Assembly: GCA_044222475.1 (NCBI GenBank) | Contig: JBGANF010000024.1 | Span: 1-64,000 of the forward strand | DNA from: Polyangiaceae bacterium | GTDB taxonomy: Bacteria > Myxococcota_A > Polyangia > Polyangiales > Polyangiaceae | Direction: 5' to 3' | Length of the DNA stretch: 64,000 bases | Shown: piece by piece, positions 58,797 to 64,000 of the stretch | Numbering within the stretch: position 1 is the first letter of the stretch | Layout: each line of letters begins with the position of its first letter | Translations under genes and position numbers: made by a program | Notes under the pieces: generated by a model | What the model was told of the DNA's origin: nothing | Databases searched by the model: none | The model's input: the letters and a program-made list of their open reading frames with translations, nothing else

Positions 58797-59179
58797 TGGA
58801 GGACCGCGACGCCAAGGATCCCCCGGCGAGCGGGCAAGACCGGCGAACCTACGACCGCATCCCGGTCAGCTGGGACGTCGACTGCACGACGCAGGAGACG
58901 TTCCTCTACGCGTCGATAGCGAACATCAGCGCGATGGGGATCTTCATCCGCACCGAGAAGCCGCTCGCGATCGGGACCGAGATGGATCTCTCGTTTCGAC
59001 CGCCCGGCTACGAGCCATTTCGGCTTCGAGGCCAGGTCGCGTGGATCAACCCGGTGCGAGCCGACGGCGACAACCCGAACCCCGGGATGGGCATCCGTTT
59101 TCTGGAGCTGACCGCGGCGGATCGAGAGCGTCTCGTCGACGTGGTGCACGCGATCGCGTACCTGCGGGAGCCGAACTAG
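58796..59179 (+). CDS. Stand-alone PilZ domain protein
   Basis: RRTYDR (RxxxR), NISAMG (NxSxxG), GMGIRF; TGATG coupling. Confidence 0.9.
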   Translation: MEDRDAKDPPASGQDRRTYDRIPVSWDVDCTTQETFLYASIANISAMGIFIRTEKPLAIGTEMDLSFRPPGYEPFRLRGQVAWINPVRADGDNPNPGMGIRFLELTAADRERLVDVVHAIAYLREPN

Positions 59180-59189
59180 GAGTTGGCGA

Positions 59190-60932
59190 CTACGGCTTCG
59201 GAAAGCGTCGCGCGTAGATTCCCTTGAACGTCGTCGGCGATCCCGTGTCGTCCTGCCAGCCGATGGCGACGAAGGGATCCACTCCGCCCACGACCGCAAA
59301 CGGGTTCGTGCGCTGGTGGCCTTCGTCGATGCTCGCCTGGAAATCGGTGGCCTGACCGTTGACCCCGTTGAAGAGGAAGCCCGTCGTACCGTCGAGGAGA
59401 CGCGCGCGGACGTGACCGCTCGCGTCGTCCACCCAGGCGGCGACGAAGTAGTTGCTGCCGGCGGCGATGGTCGGCACCGATTGAGCGCCGAGCGTGCCGT
59501 CGTTGATGCGCACCGTCTGGTCGCCTGCGACCGGCTTCAGCGCGCTGTCGAAGCGTTGGACGAAGATGCCCGCGCCGCCGGGCGCTCCAGTGTCGGCCCA
59601 CACGACGCCAATGCGGCCATCGGGAAGGACCGCGATGCCCGGGTGCTCCTGGTTTCCGGTGTGGGATCCGTCGTTGACCTTCACCTCGGTGCCGGCGGTG
59701 CCGGCGGCGTCGACCGGGAGGAGCTTGATGTCCGATCCCGCCTGGTAGGCGACGAGCCACCCCGTCGCCGTGCCCACGACGACCGGGCTCTTCCCGGCGC
59801 CGAGGACCTTCTGCGCACTGCACGCCGCGCCGCAGTTGCCGCCGGGCAGCGCGCCGTTCGGGTCGACCGTCTTGGCGACGACGTTGGCGCCGTTCTCCCA
59901 CGCGATCAGGAGCTTCGCGCCGCTGAGCGCCATCGAAGGGTTCGCTTGAGCGACGCCGGCGGCATCGCTGATCTTGACGGGCGTCTGCGCCGGCTGATCG
60001 CTCTGGATCAACGTCGAGCTGAGGGTGCGCAGGTTGATCGCAACCGTGCCCGCTTGGTTGTCCTCGAACGCGACGACGGTCTTGGCTCCCGAGATCGCGG
60101 CCGTCGGGTTGAACTGGCTGCCCGCCTCGCCCGTTGGGGGAAACGCGCCCGAGCTGTTGTTGGGGAGGAAGAACGACGAGCCCTCCACGCCAGGCCCTTG
60201 GTCGGGGTAGGTGTGGAGATCGTCGTTCATGATGCGCATCGCGACCTGCGTCCGTCCGCTCGGCGAGCGATCGCCCCAGAACCCGAGGAACTTGCTCTTC
60301 GCGCCGACCGGCCACAGGAAGATCGGCTTGGCCTTCTGCTTGCTGTCGCTCGTGGTCGCGAGATCGCCCTTCGACAGGTAGATCTCCTTGCTCAAGCAGT
60401 TCGTGCCGCAGACGATGTCCGTGTCGTCGGCCGCGGGCGCGGTGCACTGCACCGGGACCGGGCTGGGCTTTCCGCCGCACGTGGCCGGGGGCACGAAGCG
60501 GAGCATCTGGATCTTCACCGTGCTCGTGTCTTGGTTGACCGTCGCGATCACGCACCCCGACGCAACCGGCGTCGAGCTCGACGCGGTGAAGGCCTGCGCT
60601 CCGAACACGCGCGCGTCTTCCGACTTCTCGAGCTGGATGTCACCGCAGAACTTCGCGCCCGCCGCGCACCCCGTCGTCCCCATGTCCTTCGAGGCGAGCG
60701 GATCGCCGCCACCGCTCGCGACGCCGGTCTTCGCGTCGCACTTCGCGCCCGCCGCGCCGTCGAGGACGGTGACGCTGACGCGCGTGACGCCGTCGAGGAG
60801 GCCCTTGGGAAACGTCAGCGTGGGTGCGACGCCGACATGAACGCCGTCACCGCTGGAGCACGCGAGGATGGTGACGCCGAGCGCACCGAAAGCAATCGCG
60901 GGCCGCGACAGCCGGGAGAACCGAGCAAGCAT
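59190..60932 (-). CDS. Hypothetical beta-rich lipoprotein
   Basis: Lipobox ILAC; repeated Q-x-x-P...V-x-W-x-D blade-like motifs. Confidence 0.72.
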   Translation of the reverse strand: MLARFSRLSRPAIAFGALGVTILACSSGDGVHVGVAPTLTFPKGLLDGVTRVSVTVLDGAAGAKCDAKTGVASGGGDPLASKDMGTTGCAAGAKFCGDIQLEKSEDARVFGAQAFTASSSTPVASGCVIATVNQDTSTVKIQMLRFVPPATCGGKPSPVPVQCTAPAADDTDIVCGTNCLSKEIYLSKGDLATTSDSKQKAKPIFLWPVGAKSKFLGFWGDRSPSGRTQVAMRIMNDDLHTYPDQGPGVEGSSFFLPNNSSGAFPPTGEAGSQFNPTAAISGAKTVVAFEDNQAGTVAINLRTLSSTLIQSDQPAQTPVKISDAAGVAQANPSMALSGAKLLIAWENGANVVAKTVDPNGALPGGNCGAACSAQKVLGAGKSPVVVGTATGWLVAYQAGSDIKLLPVDAAGTAGTEVKVNDGSHTGNQEHPGIAVLPDGRIGVVWADTGAPGGAGIFVQRFDSALKPVAGDQTVRINDGTLGAQSVPTIAAGSNYFVAAWVDDASGHVRARLLDGTTGFLFNGVNGQATDFQASIDEGHQRTNPFAVVGGVDPFVAIGWQDDTGSPTTFKGIYARRFPKP

Positions 60933-60941
60933 GGAGACAGT

Positions 60942-61511
60942 CTAGACCAAACGGGGCTCCACGGCGATCCCCACGATGTCGAGGGCGGCGGCCAGCGCCG
61001 GGGGCGGGGCCACGTCGAGAACGACGCTCTTGATGCGCGCGCGGTGGAGCTTTCGGGCGACGCCGTCCGCCCACGCTTGAAGCTCCTCCGCGTCTTGCGC
61101 GGGGACGCCGCACGCGACCGCCGCGCGGCCGCCTCCGAGCATCACGACGCATCGATCCGGCGACCAGCTGGCCAGCAGCGCGCGCCGCGACTGGTCGGCG
61201 CGCTCCGCGGCGAAGCCCTCGGCGATCGCCGCTCGGCCTGCGGTCCGCCACGCGAGCGACGCTCCGCCCAGCGCGGATTCGAGCCCATCGAAGGTGGCGC
61301 TCGCGAGGGTGGGGGAGGCCCCGGCCACTGCGAGCGCGCGGCCGTACATCGCGAGCGCGTGGAACAGATCCCGCGAGGGCTCGGCGCTGCGCTCGACCAC
61401 GCTCGCGCGCGCGCCCTCGCACGCATCGATGGCGGAGGTGTCTTCCGCCGACAGCGCCACGCCGAGATCGAGCGTGCGCCAGCGGGCGAGCAGGACCTCC
61501 TCACGCGTCAT
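60942..61511 (-). CDS. Hypothetical protein, helical N-terminus plus degenerate STAS-like C-terminus
   Basis: TGATG coupling to the anti-sigma gene; RIKSVVLDV motif. Confidence 0.6.
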   Translation of the reverse strand: MTREEVLLARWRTLDLGVALSAEDTSAIDACEGARASVVERSAEPSRDLFHALAMYGRALAVAGASPTLASATFDGLESALGGASLAWRTAGRAAIAEGFAAERADQSRRALLASWSPDRCVVMLGGGRAAVACGVPAQDAEELQAWADGVARKLHRARIKSVVLDVAPPPALAAALDIVGIAVEPRLV

Positions 61512-62716
61512 CAGAAGCCGTCGGCTGCTTTCGGCTTGGCGCCGGCCGCGGGTGCAGTCGCGGTCGCGGTCGCCGTCGCCATCGGTTTCATCGGCATCGG
61601 CGCCGCGGACTTCGTCGCGGTGCGAGCCGCCGGGCTCATCGAGTCGAGCTCGGTCTGGGCGCGCGTGGCGTAGGTCGGGACGCCGGCGAGCTTCGCGAAG
61701 CGAGCGCGCGCTGCGTCGTAGTTGCCGAGCTGCTTGTAGCAACGGCCTGCGTCGAGCAGCGCCTCGTACCCGGTGGGCGTGCCGTCGGCGCGGGCCGCGA
61801 CTTGATCGAAGCGACCGACCGCCGCGCCGCAACCACCGCTGCCGTCGCGGACGCTTCGCGCGGCCCAGAGCGCGGCGTTGGCATCGTTCGCGGACAGCGT
61901 GTCGAATCGACGCGTGGCGTCGTCGTAGTTCTTCGCGCGGTAGTCGCCCATCGCCGACTCGAAGACGGTGCCGCCGCCCGAGCCGTACGCCTGCTGCGCC
62001 GGGCCGGTGCCGCTGCCACCGAACCCGCTCGCGCCGGTCGTGCCGCCGACGATGGTCGTCGTGTCGGGTGCGCCTCCGGGAGTCGCCGCGTTGGCCACCA
62101 ACCCGCGGTCGAGCTTTCCCTCCGCGGAGAGCGCGTTCGGGTCGGCGTTGGTGCGCTCCTCGTCGGCGAGGGCCACCTTGTCCTTCTCGAGCATGCTGGG
62201 AGACGCGGTCGCCATCGCGCGCCCGCGACCAGGCTCGAGCGTCCCGTGCGCGTTGTCCGACCGATCGAGCGCTTGCTCCGCGCCCGACGCCGCCGGCGGG
62301 AGATCCATGGGAGATCCCTTCGTCTGCACGGCGACGCCCGCCGGCGCCGCGTCCCTCGAGCGCGACGTGTTCATGAGGACGACGCTCGATCCGATCGCGA
62401 GCAGGAACACTGCGGCCATCGCCGTCTGCGGGCGCATCGCCCACGCGCCGGCTCGCGAGACGAACGTCGCGAAACGCGACCGCATCGGGACGACCTTCTG
62501 CGCTTCGCGCGCCGCGGCGAGGATTCGATCCTCGAGCCCGTCCGGCAGCGGCTCCATGGGGAGCGCCGCGACCTTTCGCGTCGCCTTGAGGCCCCCGAGG
62601 AGACCCGCGCAACGAGAGCAACCCGCGGCGTGGCGTTTCATCGCCGCGCTCGTGACGTCGTCGAGCTCTCCATAGAGCTCGTCGATCAGGTTGCTTTCGA
62701 ACTTCTCGCAGTCCAT
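61511..62716 (-). CDS. Zinc-binding anti-sigma factor with TM and C-terminal TPR-like domain
   Basis: MDC...HAAGCSRC (HxxxCxxC); TM; GRCYKQLGNYDAA. Confidence 0.85.
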   Translation of the reverse strand: MDCEKFESNLIDELYGELDDVTSAAMKRHAAGCSRCAGLLGGLKATRKVAALPMEPLPDGLEDRILAAAREAQKVVPMRSRFATFVSRAGAWAMRPQTAMAAVFLLAIGSSVVLMNTSRSRDAAPAGVAVQTKGSPMDLPPAASGAEQALDRSDNAHGTLEPGRGRAMATASPSMLEKDKVALADEERTNADPNALSAEGKLDRGLVANAATPGGAPDTTTIVGGTTGASGFGGSGTGPAQQAYGSGGGTVFESAMGDYRAKNYDDATRRFDTLSANDANAALWAARSVRDGSGGCGAAVGRFDQVAARADGTPTGYEALLDAGRCYKQLGNYDAARARFAKLAGVPTYATRAQTELDSMSPAARTATKSAAPMPMKPMATATATATAPAAGAKPKAADGF

Positions 62717-62788
62717 GGGGTCCGTGATGCTTTCTCTCGAAATGTTGTGATTCTCAGGGGGTTTCGCAAGTCGATCGTCAATCGTCGT

Positions 62789-63397
62789 TCATCGCAGCGC
62801 CCGTGCATATTCTTCGTAGTCGCAGAGCGCGGCTTGCAGGCGCTCGAGCGCGTAGCGCATTCGGCTCTTCACCGTGTTCTCCGGCACTCCGGTGATGTCG
62901 GCGATCTCCTTGAAGGGCAAGTTCGCGACCTCTCGCATCAAGAACACTTCGCGCTGATCCTCCGGGAGCTCCTCGACCGCGGCGGCGATCTTGGCCTTGA
63001 GCTCGGTCCCGGTCGCTGCCCGCTCGACGCTCGCTTTCGAGTCCGGGAGCTGCTCGCCCAGCGATGGTCCGTCGCCGTCGCTGCCAGGCCGGTTCTCCTC
63101 CAGCGAGGGGTGTTTCCGTAGCGCGCCCTTCCTCATGTGATCGATGCAGAGGTTTCGGGCGATCGTGTAGAGCCAGGTCGAAAATCGCGCTTCGTGCTTG
63201 AAGTCCGCAGCGCTCTGCACGACGCGGACGAACGTGTCCTGCACGACGTCCTCGGCGGCGGATCGAACGCGGAGGTGTCGCAGCGCGAAATTGAAGACCG
63301 GCCCCTGGTGCCGCCGAACCAGCGCCGAGAACGCCGCTCTGTCTCCCCGCTGGAAGCGGATCATCAGGGCTTCGTCGGAGACGTTCGGCTCGATCAC
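62789..63397 (-). CDS. ECF sigma factor
   Basis: SDEALM, AEDVVQDTF, FSTWLYTIARN, FKEIA...NTVKSRMRYA. Confidence 0.94.
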   Translation of the reverse strand: MIEPNVSDEALMIRFQRGDRAAFSALVRRHQGPVFNFALRHLRVRSAAEDVVQDTFVRVVQSAADFKHEARFSTWLYTIARNLCIDHMRKGALRKHPSLEENRPGSDGDGPSLGEQLPDSKASVERAATGTELKAKIAAAVEELPEDQREVFLMREVANLPFKEIADITGVPENTVKSRMRYALERLQAALCDYEEYARALR

Positions 63398-63708
63398 CGA
63401 TCCACCTCCACAAACAGCTGCATTCGGCCCGTAACACCGCCCGTTTCCTTTCCTTGGGATCGAAGACGTCCCAGGGGAAAGGAGGATCTTATTTGGGCTC
63501 GCGGAGGCATGAAATTCGGCGTTCGAGGCCTTTTTGGGGCTGGACGAAGGTAGCCGGTCCCATCCGACAAGGGAACTAAGAGGAGCGCTGGACGCCGGGG
63601 CCGCCCGTGCTAGTTTCACCGAATCGTCCTGGCCGGGACGCGAGGTGAACACCGCCCTCTCTCTCAGCCATCCGCGGATTCGGGGGATGCCAACAAAAAG
63701 TCGAGCCC

Positions 63709-63722
63709 GTGACCCCTTTTCG
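63709..63722 (+). promoter_or_regulatory. Shared motif GTGACCCCTTTTCG, copy 2
   Basis: Identical to 45039-45052. Confidence 0.5.
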
Positions 63723-63892
63723 TGGCGGTTGCACACGGGCCACTACGCAAACTAGACTCCGCGCGTCATCCTGCGTTCGCAAGAACCAACTTTTCTTGGG
63801 GGCATGCGTTCAAGGGGTGGCGAGCAGCTACGTCGAACGAGATACGAAGGGCCCTTCGTGGGGCTCTGCTTTGGACTGGAAGGATGATCGAC

Positions 63893-64000
63893 ATGCGACG
63901 CTTCGGGATGACGCTCTTCGCGCTGGCCGTACCGACTCTCTTCTCCATGACCGTGCTCGCCCAAGCGGGTGGCGCGACGGGTGGGGGAAAGCCGGGGACG
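63893..64000 (+). CDS. 5' end of a secreted protein, truncated by the window (not in the ORF track)
   Basis: GGAAGGA upstream; MRRFGMTLFALAVPTLFSMTVLAQ signal peptide. Confidence 0.7.
   Translation, partial: MRRFGMTLFALAVPTLFSMTVLAQAGGATGGGKPGT

Noticed and set aside
60942..62621. 559-aa ORF overlapping the anti-sigma gene
   Set aside because: Only the last 189 aa look protein-like; the rest is an off-frame read
63752..63964. Small minus-strand ORFs at the right edge
   Set aside because: Poor codon bias; the + strand signal-peptide ORF from 63893 with an SD is more credible

Overview
GC-rich core-genome segment. The gene repertoire (Cys-rich lipoproteins, myxobacterial-type PilZ protein, PP2C phosphatase, Ser/Thr kinase, ECF/anti-sigma pair) suggests a myxobacterium, probably Polyangiales; this is inference, not a database result. 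About 53 densely packed CDS, including hemE-hemH-hemY, a B12-dependent acyl-CoA mutase large subunit, frr, pepP, xerC, hisZ-purA, prs-rplY-pth, rpsF-rpsR-rplI-dnaB, era-der, two ECF sigma factors, rRNA-modifying enzymes and many exported hypothetical proteins. I found no rRNA, tRNA, CRISPR array, prophage or transposase. Most notable: (1) a recurring -10-like hexamer 6-10 nt before the start codon of many operon-leading genes, suggesting widespread leaderless transcription; (2) an identical 14-bp motif in two distant intergenic regions, a candidate regulon of the ECF/anti-sigma/STAS-like locus; (3) long palindromic intergenic elements built from 6- or 9-nt tandem units; (4) an RlmD-RluA fusion; (5) enzymes with diagnostic active-site substitutions (IcmA-type mutase, pseudo-SDR, non-RD kinase, Thr-type sulfatase). 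All functional calls come from motif recognition by eye; starts were adjusted where a better start was evident.
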